From Nanobdellota archaeon (lineage in GTDB: Archaea; Nanobdellota; Nanobdellia; Pacearchaeales; GW2011-AR1): 64,000 nt of DNA. The notes beneath the pieces are model-generated. The model was not told the DNA's origin. It did not search any database and worked only from the letters and a program-made list of their open reading frames with translations. This document shows positions 18,160-26,137 of this stretch, in pieces. The DNA is taken from positions 11,208 to 75,207 of the forward strand of contig JBBSYE010000008.1 in NCBI GenBank assembly GCA_038045385.1, given 5' to 3'. Positions within the stretch are counted from its first letter, which is position 1. The number at the start of each line of letters is the position of its first letter. A program made the translations under genes and the position numbers.

Positions 18160-19107
18160 TTAATTTATTGATTGTTTTGTAATGTATTCATAAGCGCTAT
18201 ATGCGGCAGTGCAACCTTCAGCAACGCCAGTTATGGCTTGTTTGAATGGTTTGTCTGCGACATCGCCTGCTGCGAAAATGCCTTCTATGTTTGTAGCGGA
18301 GGTTTTATGGTCAATTATTATCTCGCCCTTGTCATTGAGCTTGACGCCAAGTGGCCTGGCAAGATCAGAAAGGAAGATATGGCCTATTGCGACGAATACG
18401 CCATCTAGCACTAGCTCTTTTGAGCCATTATAAGATTTGTCAAGAATAACTTTTTCTACTTTTTTTGTGCCGATGATTTGAGTTATGTTAGTGTTGTTGA
18501 TAATCTCTATTTTCTTATTTTGTTCTATTCTCTTTAAGTTAATTGGCTCTGCGCGAATCTTATCTTTACGATAGATTATGTAAACTTTTTTTACATGACC
18601 TGCAAGTAATAGAGCATCTTTTGCTGCGCTGTCCGAGCCCCCTACAACTGCAACGACTTTATTTTTGTATAATGGAGCATCACATAAGGCGCAATAGGCA
18701 ACACCGCGATTTTCAAGCTCTTTTGAACCAGGGACTTCAAGCTTGCGCCATTTTGTGCCTGTTGCAAAGAGAATTGATTTTCCTTGATAAATTGAACTTG
18801 AGGTTTTTACGCTGAAGCTGGATTTACTTTTTGCTATTGATTCTACACGTTCGTCTTTTATGCTCACTAGGTCGTATGACTCTGCATGTTCACGAATTTT
18901 ATCCGCAAGTTCCGTCCCTGTTAGCTTGATAAAACCAGGATAATTTTCGACGATATCGGTAGTTGTTATTACCCCTCCTAAAGCGAGTTCAGAGCTGAAT
19001 GAACTGCCCAGACATATGGTCTTAAGGCCTAGACGAGCGGAATACATTGCGGCTGCAAGTCCAGTAACGCCTGCACCAATAATTATTGAATCGTAATTTT
19101 CTGCCAT
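18160..19107 (-). CDS. trxB: Thioredoxin-disulfide reductase
   Basis: FAD motif IIIGAGVTGLAAA, redox CALCDAP, NADPH motif VAVVGGSDSAAKDA, and C-terminal GIFAAGDV. Confidence 0.85.
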   Translation of the reverse strand: MAENYDSIIIGAGVTGLAAAMYSARLGLKTICLGSSFSSELALGGVITTTDIVENYPGFIKLTGTELADKIREHAESYDLVSIKDERVESIAKSKSSFSVKTSSSIYQGKSILFATGTKWRKLEVPGSKELENRGVAYCALCDAPLYKNKVVAVVGGSDSAAKDALLLAGHVKKVYIIYRKDKIRAEPINLKRIEQNKKIEIINNTNITQIIGTKKVEKVILDKSYNGSKELVLDGVFVAIGHIFLSDLARPLGVKLNDKGEIIIDHKTSATNIEGIFAAGDVADKPFKQAITGVAEGCTAAYSAYEYITKQSIN

Positions 19108-19353
19108 TTACTTTTTCCCCTTTAATACCCGGTCTAGTTTTTTATTTATCTCAGCCACATTTTTTTCTATTGAACGTACTCTGAATCCCAATTTTATTCT
19201 AATTATCGCCTGAATTATCATTATTACCATATAGATTATGAAGATTATACCTGCGGTTTTTGCTAAAGTTAGAATAAAAGATAAATCTGGAGAAAATGCT
19301 TGGAATATATTTTCGCTTAAAGCAGCGATAATTGAAGATGAATTTTCTGCCAT
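19108..19353 (-). CDS. Small membrane protein
   Basis: 81 aa with one central TM. It abuts the trxB start directly. Confidence 0.4.
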   Translation of the reverse strand: MAENSSSIIAALSENIFQAFSPDLSFILTLAKTAGIIFIIYMVIMIIQAIIRIKLGFRVRSIEKNVAEINKKLDRVLKGKK

Positions 19354-19402
19354 CTAATCTTATGGATAATTAGGGTTAAAAATCTATTTGCCTTTGTTTT
19401 AT

Positions 19403-20125
19403 ATGGAAAAACTTGGGGCTATTTTTATATGTCTGGTTTTGACTTCTAGTTTTTATTTAGTTTATCAATTTGCAGAGAAAGATAAAGAGCAAGTTATGAT
19501 CGTGAGAGTTATTGATGGAGATACTTTTGTTCTTGAAGATGGGAGAACTATAAGACTTTTAAATATAAATTCGCCTGAAAAAAAGACTTTTGCTGCGCAA
19601 GAAGCGACTGACTTTTTAGAAGAACTAGTTGGAAAGGATATTGAAATTGAAGTGACTGGTATGGAAAAATATGGGAGATTTTTAGCTAGAGCTTACGTAC
19701 CGGAATATCTTAATCTTGAAATTGTAAATAGAGGTTTTGCGAGTATTTTTCTTGTTGATGATTCTGAAACTAGAAAATTTTACAAAACTCAAGAGAAAGC
19801 TATTCTTGAGGGAGTTGGAATGTGGAAACATTCTCAATATTTTGGTTGTTTAGATGCTGAAATTAATAAGAAAGATGAATTTGTTGATTTTGAGGTTAAT
19901 TGTAAAAATAACTTGTTAAAATGGAGTGTGAAAGATGAAAGCACAAAGACTTACACTATTAAACGCTCGATTTCGGAAGATTTTATGCTTTATTCTTACG
20001 AGGGAGAGGACTCTGAAGCTAAAAGATTTTGGAATGAAGGGAATGTATGGAATAATGATAGAGATTCGATATTCGTGCGTGATGAGAAAGGAGAGTTGGT
20101 TTTTTATGAAAGTTACGGATACTAG
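19403..20125 (+). CDS. Membrane-anchored staphylococcal-type nuclease (SNase) fused to a lamin-tail-like domain
   Basis: N-terminal TM. VRVIDGDTFVLEDGRTIRLLNINSPEK...GRFLARAY is SNase-like. C-terminal EFVDFEV...LLKWSVKD...NVWNNDRDSIFVRDEKGELV is LTD-like. Confidence 0.65.
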   Translation: MEKLGAIFICLVLTSSFYLVYQFAEKDKEQVMIVRVIDGDTFVLEDGRTIRLLNINSPEKKTFAAQEATDFLEELVGKDIEIEVTGMEKYGRFLARAYVPEYLNLEIVNRGFASIFLVDDSETRKFYKTQEKAILEGVGMWKHSQYFGCLDAEINKKDEFVDFEVNCKNNLLKWSVKDESTKTYTIKRSISEDFMLYSYEGEDSEAKRFWNEGNVWNNDRDSIFVRDEKGELVFYESYGY

Positions 20126-20312
20126 ATTATTTTTTCTGTTTTTCATGGTCATTATGCTTGCTAGCGGAGTTTTAGCAGAGAAAATTGTGCTCACTCATTC
20201 AGAAACTGAGGAAGAAATTACGCCTTATGGGTTCATAGTTTTGAATTTTCAATTTATCTTTGGAGCTTTTTGTCTTCTACTTGTGATTTTTATAATTTGG
20301 CGATTGCTCTAG
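20106..20312 (+). CDS. Small two-TM membrane protein (tentative)
   Basis: The internal ATG at 20106 gives a 68-aa protein with N- and C-terminal hydrophobic segments. The longer ORF upstream lies inside the SNase gene. Confidence 0.3.
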   Translation: MKVTDTRLFFLFFMVIMLASGVLAEKIVLTHSETEEEITPYGFIVLNFQFIFGAFCLLLVIFIIWRLL

Positions 20313-20353
20313 AGGTTAGAAAGAATTTAAAAGGGGCTTGAACTGAAGGAAAT

Positions 20354-20791
20354 ATGGAAAAAATTGAATCAAGAATGATATTAGAGATTCTTGGTAGACC
20401 TGCTGAACATATAGTTGTTGCATTAAATGAGGTTATAGATAAAATCGGGAAAGAGCAAGGCGTTAAGCTAGTTAGCCGTAAAGTGCACGAGCCGAAGGCC
20501 TTGAAAGATACTAAAGATTTGTTCACTACTTTTGCGGAAATTGAGGTTGAATTTGATTCTGTTATAAATTGTTTCAGAATTGTATTCACTTATCTCCCGG
20601 CTAATGTTGAGATTATATCTCCTGAAACTTTTAAGATGAAAAATGACGATTTGAATACTCTTGTTAATGCTCTTGCGGCCAGATTGCATGATTATGATTC
20701 TATTGCGAAGAGACTCGTTGGGGAGCGAGAGATATTAATCAATAAGCTTAATGAAAAGAAAAAAGATGATAAACCTGCGGAAAAAATTTAA
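20354..20791 (+). CDS. Hypothetical cytoplasmic protein
   Basis: 145-aa ORF with clean coding appearance. No motif recognised. Confidence 0.45.
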   Translation: MEKIESRMILEILGRPAEHIVVALNEVIDKIGKEQGVKLVSRKVHEPKALKDTKDLFTTFAEIEVEFDSVINCFRIVFTYLPANVEIISPETFKMKNDDLNTLVNALAARLHDYDSIAKRLVGEREILINKLNEKKKDDKPAEKI

Positions 20792-21981
20792 CCCAAATCT
20801 TTTTCTGCTTTTGATACTTTTGAGCTAAATGCCGAACTAGATTTATTGGTTTTATAGTACCTGAATATTATCCATAATAAGCCTAATAATACGATTGTGC
20901 CTATAACATAGCCTAACCAAGAGTAACTTGATTCTGTTTTTGGCTCGCAAACGCTAATGCAACATTTGCTTTCGTCTAAAGATTCAATAGTATCTGTTGA
21001 ACAGACTTTATCTGCAGAACAGGATATTCCAGATAATTCTGCGCAATAATATCCTTTTGTATTTGATATCAAGTCTGGGCTGGATACTTGAGATTGATTT
21101 TCCGTAAAAAGTATTTCAATTGGGAGTTCGTAAGTTTCATTGCCTAATTCAAATGAGATTGTATCTATTATTGCTTTGTCTCGCGATTTTGGCTCTATTT
21201 CAATTTCTAAAGAGCCATTTTCTTCTATTCCAATTTTTGCTGGTTTAATTGTGAACAGCTCGTCATTATAATTGAAAGATACGTCGGTTAAAGACTCGCC
21301 AAAATTTGTTATTCTGAATTTTATTGGAGTTCTATCTGAAATTAGATATGTTCCATAAATCTTTCTTGGTAGAAATTTGATTCGCTCGTATCTATCTGTT
21401 GAGCTTTCAGAGTTTGAATATACAAATATATCGTAGGTTCCGACTTTTAGCTTGTTTAGACCTTGTGGAAAATTGGAAAACTGGAAAGATATGCTGTTCT
21501 CTCCTGGAGAGAGGATTATGTTTTGATGATTTGGAATTGAAGTTTGGATTTCAGTATTTGCATTTGCAAAAGAGTTAATTATAATACTCGCTTGGGTTGA
21601 GCCTTCAAATAGAGCAGGACGGACGTTATAATCTGCATTTTCTGAAGTGGTAAATATTGGTATTTCTATATCTGAAATTTCTTGTGTTCCTTGCTGTACT
21701 ACTTGGGCGTCTTTTATTATTAATGTGTAATTTGCCTCGTTTGATGGCGCTAGGCCATAAACATAATAGTCTCCGTTGAAGCGTTTAATTCCGTGTTCAA
21801 ATGGAACTTCAACATTTATTCTTTTTAATATAACTTGCTCTTGTGATATTGAATTTTGTATTTGAATTGGGAGTTTGATTACGAAAGTTTCTTGTTGTTT
21901 TAATGTTATATTTAAGTCCAGAGATAGAGAGCTTGCAAAGGGCATAAGCAAAAATAGGGCTATGAAAAATAATCCTTTCAT
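20788..21981 (-). CDS. Surface protein with Cys-rich stalk and C-terminal TM
   Basis: Signal peptide MKGLFFIALFLLMPFASS. C-terminus is YYCAELSGISCSADKVCS...KCCISVCEPKTESSYSWLGYVIG-TM plus a basic tail. Confidence 0.55.
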   Translation of the reverse strand: MKGLFFIALFLLMPFASSLSLDLNITLKQQETFVIKLPIQIQNSISQEQVILKRINVEVPFEHGIKRFNGDYYVYGLAPSNEANYTLIIKDAQVVQQGTQEISDIEIPIFTTSENADYNVRPALFEGSTQASIIINSFANANTEIQTSIPNHQNIILSPGENSISFQFSNFPQGLNKLKVGTYDIFVYSNSESSTDRYERIKFLPRKIYGTYLISDRTPIKFRITNFGESLTDVSFNYNDELFTIKPAKIGIEENGSLEIEIEPKSRDKAIIDTISFELGNETYELPIEILFTENQSQVSSPDLISNTKGYYCAELSGISCSADKVCSTDTIESLDESKCCISVCEPKTESSYSWLGYVIGTIVLLGLLWIIFRYYKTNKSSSAFSSKVSKAEKDLG

Positions 21982-22017
21982 GGAATTATTATTGGAAAGA
22001 GGTTTATATGTATTGCG

Positions 22018-23835
22018 TTATTTCCCAATTTCTCTCAACTTCTTTAGAGTTTCTTCCATTTCTTTATCTAATCTAGAAGGCGCTCTTCTTTGAGGCTGTG
22101 ACGATACTGGAGCATATGGTCTAGTTTGCGAGGGTAGCATTGGGGGGAATGGAGGTCTTCTTGTTATAACTTGGGAAGACTTTAGTCCGCCGCGGTTTCT
22201 GAATTTGAAATACCAAAGCTGAAGCTTCTTACGATAAACTATGGCCAATACTACTAAGACTATTAGCAGAAGAAGTAAAATTATCCAGCCGTAGCTGCTC
22301 CCTGAAGAGCTTTCTGTATCTTTTGCGAAACAGCAAACTTCGCTAGATAAAGAGCATTGATCTGAACTTTCATCTTCAAATTCAAGGTCACATGAACTTT
22401 GACAGAAACCTCCTGATGATGTACATTGGTCTTCGCTTGTAGTTGAAGGCTCGCAAACTCCAGTGCAACAGCTTCCGTCTGATGAAGGAAGTTCTGTGCT
22501 TGAGCAGCGCTCATTGGATGTACAAACTTGCCCAAGAAGCTGAGAGCAAGATTTTCTGCTTGACTCTAGAGAACAGCATTTTAGTGAGCCTGAACAAACA
22601 TAATTGCCTAAAATTTCTCCGCCGCCATCAAGACATTCAAGAAGAGGGCTACATGAAAAACCTGCGGTTTGGCATTGTTCTATACTCCCTCCGCCCCCTA
22701 TTGAACCTGAACGGGAGGAATCTGGAAATGCGCTATAAAGGACGAATGCCGTGTCTCTTATGTTATTGTTGTTCCAGCAGCCTTTTGGAGTTTGAATGCT
22801 TTGTAGATAGGACTTTGCATTGTCTGATTCTGTTGACTGGCGACCTTGTAAAGCTAATAGTGCTAGCGATGTATCGTAGAATTTATTGTAAGGAGTGGTT
22901 GGAGCTTCCCAGAACTTGCTCTGCTTCTGTGCTTGGACAAGAGTTGAATAATGGTCATCTGCATTTGTAAGTTTGAAGATGAAAGAACTTGGAAGAAGAT
23001 TTTGATTCTCTGGAGCTAAAGCGAGAAGATATGGGATATAGGCAGAGATGTCGTCGCCAGCCTGTTGTAATGCAAGGGCTGCCCAAAGTGTTCCTTCATA
23101 ATCGCAGGAGCTAGAGAGCTTGAAGCATTTTGCATTTACTTGTTCTATTGTTGTGCCTGAAGATGAAGCTGAATGTGTATCTGGAGAAATGAATATGGTT
23201 TCTATTCCTGACTTTTGATATACTAATGTGCTAATAAAATCTTGATTGCAAGAGATTTCAAATTTCTGTTCTAGACAGCTTGAGGAAATTTGGAGCCAGA
23301 AGCCTGAAGGAATTACAGAAAGACAACTTCCTGCATCGCCTGAAATTTTTTGATCTTCTCCTATGTTAATCGTCCTTGTTGTTGAGCCTTGCTTTATTGT
23401 GCATGTGCTTGAGATGTGATTTGAAATGTCAATCATCACAAACCAGCTAAGATCGCTCGTGGAGCCATTGCGCTCATAAAGATATTTTTTTATGTCATTA
23501 GTATTTTTGCCGATATGATCATAGGCCAATAAAACTTGGGCAGTTTCTTTTAGTTTACAGGATGATTTTGGCCAGCAATTTTTGTTTGAACGCTCGTCTT
23601 CAATTTTATCTCTAGTTTTTTGGCTTTCTCCGAGAGCTAGAGTGCTGAATATTGCTTCACTTAAAGAGAGAGAGGAAGAGGTTTTGTTACCTAGCTCTGA
23701 TTCAAGGCATTGGTATGCTTTGTCTATTGAGTCGTCTGAAATATCTGCTGACGGGGAGGTTTGATTATCCGCCGCAAAAACTTGAGAGATAGATATCAAA
23801 AGAACTAATGTAAACAAAAAAACACCTTTTTTCAT
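22018..23835 (-). CDS. Surface protein: alpha/alpha-toroid (prenyltransferase/terpene-cyclase-like repeat) ectodomain, Cys-rich stalk, TM, Pro-rich cytoplasmic tail
   Basis: Has a signal peptide. Repeats include LWAALALQQAGDD, TSLALLALQGRQS and DTAFVLYSAF. A stalk with about 30 Cys (CCTGVCEP) precedes SSYGWIILL-TM and RRPPFPPMLPSQTRP. Confidence 0.6.
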   Translation of the reverse strand: MKKGVFLFTLVLLISISQVFAADNQTSPSADISDDSIDKAYQCLESELGNKTSSSLSLSEAIFSTLALGESQKTRDKIEDERSNKNCWPKSSCKLKETAQVLLAYDHIGKNTNDIKKYLYERNGSTSDLSWFVMIDISNHISSTCTIKQGSTTRTINIGEDQKISGDAGSCLSVIPSGFWLQISSSCLEQKFEISCNQDFISTLVYQKSGIETIFISPDTHSASSSGTTIEQVNAKCFKLSSSCDYEGTLWAALALQQAGDDISAYIPYLLALAPENQNLLPSSFIFKLTNADDHYSTLVQAQKQSKFWEAPTTPYNKFYDTSLALLALQGRQSTESDNAKSYLQSIQTPKGCWNNNNIRDTAFVLYSAFPDSSRSGSIGGGGSIEQCQTAGFSCSPLLECLDGGGEILGNYVCSGSLKCCSLESSRKSCSQLLGQVCTSNERCSSTELPSSDGSCCTGVCEPSTTSEDQCTSSGGFCQSSCDLEFEDESSDQCSLSSEVCCFAKDTESSSGSSYGWIILLLLLIVLVVLAIVYRKKLQLWYFKFRNRGGLKSSQVITRRPPFPPMLPSQTRPYAPVSSQPQRRAPSRLDKEMEETLKKLREIGK

Positions 23836-23877
23836 GTATATGTCTTAACTCTGCGATATTTAAAAAGGTTCTGTCAG

Positions 23878-24348
23878 TTATTTATTATCCTGGGTTGGGG
23901 AATATATCTTCTGCACTATTTTTCTCCTTACCTTAAGACTATTCGCCCATTTGGCGTAAGCGTTCCAACCTTGAAAACTTTCTAAAATTTTGTCTTTGGA
24001 AATTTTTCCATTTTTATAATCAGCGATTTTTGCAACCATCTTTCTGATATTTCTCTTTCTTAGAAGCCTGAAATAGTAAAAATTACGAAAACCTATGAAG
24101 TCAATACCTCTTGAAAGTTGAGTAATTTTTGATTTTTGAGGATGTAATTCTAACTTTAATTTATCTGCTAAAAATAGATTAATTTGTTCTTTCCAGATTT
24201 CAAGCTGTTCTTTGCTTTCATGTAAAATTACAAAATCATCAACATATCTTATGTAATATTTTACTTTCAGTGAGTGTTTGACAAAATAGTCCAACTCATT
24301 CAAATAGACATTTGCAAAGAATTGGCTTGTGAGATTGCCGAAAGGCAT
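23878..24348 (-). CDS. DGR reverse transcriptase, C-terminal segment (after frame break)
   Basis: Contains the DGR-RT hallmark GNLTSQFFANVYLNELDYF and the catalytic YVDDF. The frame stays open upstream through LIFWLEPKG into the (AG)8 tract. Confidence 0.8.
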   Translation of the reverse strand: MPFGNLTSQFFANVYLNELDYFVKHSLKVKYYIRYVDDFVILHESKEQLEIWKEQINLFLADKLKLELHPQKSKITQLSRGIDFIGFRNFYYFRLLRKRNIRKMVAKIADYKNGKISKDKILESFQGWNAYAKWANSLKVRRKIVQKIYSPTQDNK

Positions 24349-24371
24349 CCCCTTTGGCTCCAGCCAAAAAA

Positions 24372-24965
24372 TTAACTCTCTCTCTCTCTCTTCGTTTCGG
24401 AGTTCGCAACAATTTTTTTGATTAGACCGATAATATTTTCATCTTTAATCTTTTTTGAGAGAATTTTGACTAGAATTTTATGGTTAACCTTTTCAAAATA
24501 ATGTTTTATATCTGCTTTTAAACAATATCCTTTTATTTGGTTATGAGTGAAAGTTCCATTAGTTTTTCCGTTTTGAGAAATTTTTCTTACAAATTGTTCA
24601 AATCTCTTTAATGCAAATAAGTTGCATTTACCTTTTTGGTTTGCACATGAATCATAAATAAAAGTTGTACCGAAAATTGGTTCAATAATTTGAATTAGTG
24701 CGTGATGTACAATTCTGTCAGGAAAAGCTGATTTAGAGATTTTTCGGGTTTTAGGGTCTCGCAAAATAAAAGTTTTCAATTGCTCTGGTTTGTAAGTTAA
24801 ATTTTCAAGCTCTTCTTTAAGCTTAGTAAGATTTTTTCTTAGAGAGGTTTCAAATTCAAGCACATAGTTTTTCTTTGTTTTGCCCTTTCGTGCATTTTTC
24901 CATGCAAGATTCAAGTTTTTAGGTGTGAAAATTTTTTTATAAAGGTTATTGTATGTTTTTGCCAT
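24372..24965 (-). CDS. DGR reverse transcriptase, N-terminal segment (before frame break)
   Basis: The ATG at 24965 gives MAKTYNNLYKKIFTPKNLNLAWKNARKGK...RDPKTRKISKSAFPDRIVHHAL (RT motifs 1-2). It terminates just after the (AG)8 tract. Confidence 0.8.
   Translation of the reverse strand: MAKTYNNLYKKIFTPKNLNLAWKNARKGKTKKNYVLEFETSLRKNLTKLKEELENLTYKPEQLKTFILRDPKTRKISKSAFPDRIVHHALIQIIEPIFGTTFIYDSCANQKGKCNLFALKRFEQFVRKISQNGKTNGTFTHNQIKGYCLKADIKHYFEKVNHKILVKILSKKIKDENIIGLIKKIVANSETKRERES
24376..24391 (-). repeat. (AG)8 dinucleotide tract at the RT frame break
   Basis: The plus strand reads ctctctctctctctct. The two RT segments are in different frames on either side. Losing one AG unit (or gaining two) would join them. 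Confidence 0.9.
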
Positions 24966-24986
24966 ATTTGGTCTTAGTGCTAGAGC

Positions 24987-25083
24987 CATTCCAAAAGCAT
25001 AGCCGTTGTTGTCGTTCCAGTTGTTGCCATTGACGTTCAACCTGTTGCTGTCCGCGTTCCTGTTGGAATTCAAATCCGCAACC
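24987..25083 (-). repeat. DGR template repeat (TR)
   Basis: 97 nt, AAC-rich (reads N-S-N-R-N-A-D-S-N-R-L-N-V-N-G-N-N-W-N-D-N-N-G-Y). It ends 22 nt upstream of the RT ATG and aligns to 25322-25421. Confidence 0.85.
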
Positions 25084-25285
25084 GGACTATGTAGCCTTTT
25101 GCTCTAAAGTAAAATCACCAATGCTTCATTGTTCGCTCTGCTCATTTTCGTTCCTTCATCGCTACCAAATGTTGCATCTGCATTTCATACCCTTACGAGC
25201 ATAAGCAAAAGGCGTGTGGCCCTAGCGTGGTTTTATACCAAACTAAGACAAAATAATAGAGAAATCTCTTGTTAATAAGTGTTTA

Positions 25286-26068
25286 CTAATTTTTTTGCGC
25301 AGCCGCTTCGCGGTCATCTAACACCCCAAAAGCACAGCCGCCGTCGACGTCGTACCAGTAGTCGCCAACGACGTCCAACCTGCCGCTGCCCGCGCCCCTG
25401 TCGGAATCCAAACCCGCAACCTTTAATATAGATTCTTTAGTAGGCTCAAAGGCATACACATTAACTCCTCTTGGATAATTCGTTTTGCAAGCAATTAGTT
25501 TTAGAATTTTGGTCTTCGGAGCATGCTCTAAAATCCTTGCTAGTCCGCCTTCTAAAAAGACATCTTGTTCTTGGACTCCTCTTTCAAAAGAAGCGTAATC
25601 TGCGAAGCCAAAGTCTCTTAAATTTTCTGAATTTTCTACTAAATAGACTTGTCCTTTGCCTGTTTTTATTGGAGAGATTCCATTTAGATATTGTTTAAGA
25701 ATTGCTTCATTAGTTATTGGGTCGCCTTGCTCATCTTTCGGAGGATTAGCAAACACTCCTTCGTTTGTTCTTACTATCCATCCTGCTTGGAGCCATCTTG
25801 GGTCAAATATCTGAGGTTTAGCTCTATTTGCAAAATCGCATGATGCAACTAGAATAGATTCTCTTGTAGTTGGTGCTCTAAATGTTATTTCTTCTCCTGT
25901 TTCGGGATGTGAATAAAGTTTTTGCATTTCTTTAGCATTGTTACTAAAATACTCAGGACCGAAAGCTTTTGCACTTGCTATTCGGTTATGTTTTTTAATT
26001 AGTATTAGACTTCTTGGCGGAGCCTTTGGCTTTCCTGCTTCAATTATTTCGTATCCTGTTTCTGTCAT
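25286..26068 (-). CDS. DGR target (variable) protein
   Basis: 260 aa with no signal peptide. The C-terminus GLDSDRGAGSGRLDVVGDYWYDVDGGCAFGVL is encoded by the VR. Confidence 0.8.
   Translation of the reverse strand: MTETGYEIIEAGKPKAPPRSLILIKKHNRIASAKAFGPEYFSNNAKEMQKLYSHPETGEEITFRAPTTRESILVASCDFANRAKPQIFDPRWLQAGWIVRTNEGVFANPPKDEQGDPITNEAILKQYLNGISPIKTGKGQVYLVENSENLRDFGFADYASFERGVQEQDVFLEGGLARILEHAPKTKILKLIACKTNYPRGVNVYAFEPTKESILKVAGLDSDRGAGSGRLDVVGDYWYDVDGGCAFGVLDDREAAAQKN
25302..25314 (-). other. Hairpin 8 nt 3' of the VR (4-bp GC stem plus G-U, GAA loop on coding strand)
   Basis: The plus strand reads g-ccgc-ttc-gcgg-t. Its position is analogous to hairpins described downstream of the VR/IMH in characterised DGRs. 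Confidence 0.5.
25322..25421 (-). repeat. DGR variable repeat (VR) at the 3' end of the target gene
   Basis: Aligns to the TR with 20 substitutions, all at TR adenines, plus one extra GGC codon. It is GC-rich relative to its flanks. Confidence 0.85.
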
Positions 26069-26137
26069 ACTTTATTTAGAAATAATCCCTATTTAAATCT
26101 TTCTATTATATTGTATCTTGGTAGTGGTAACTAAATA

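Larger units (their letters stand above)
23878..26068 (-). mobile_element. Diversity-generating retroelement cassette (target-VR, spacer, TR, RT)
   Basis: Co-linear minus-strand order: target/VR, a 238-nt VR-to-TR interval (197 nt non-coding), TR, RT. The mismatch pattern is adenine-specific. No Avd-like ORF was seen. Confidence 0.8.

Noticed and set aside
24966-25073. N-terminal extension of the RT ORF (MNSNRNADSNRLNVNGNNWNDNNGYAFGMALALRPN) as coding sequence
   Set aside because: This Asn-rich stretch is the DGR template repeat read in frame. The RT homology begins at the ATG at 24965 (MAKTYNNLYKKIF...).
23878-25073. Group II intron or retron interpretation of the reverse transcriptase
   Set aside because: No intron RNA domains and no maturase or endonuclease extension were visible. 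The GNLTSQ motif and the adjacent TR/VR pair with A-only mismatches fit a DGR.
25061-25083. ttcaaatccgcaacc resembling a tRNA T-arm
   Set aside because: No acceptor, D or anticodon arms can be drawn around it. It lies inside the TR, and a matching segment occurs in the VR.
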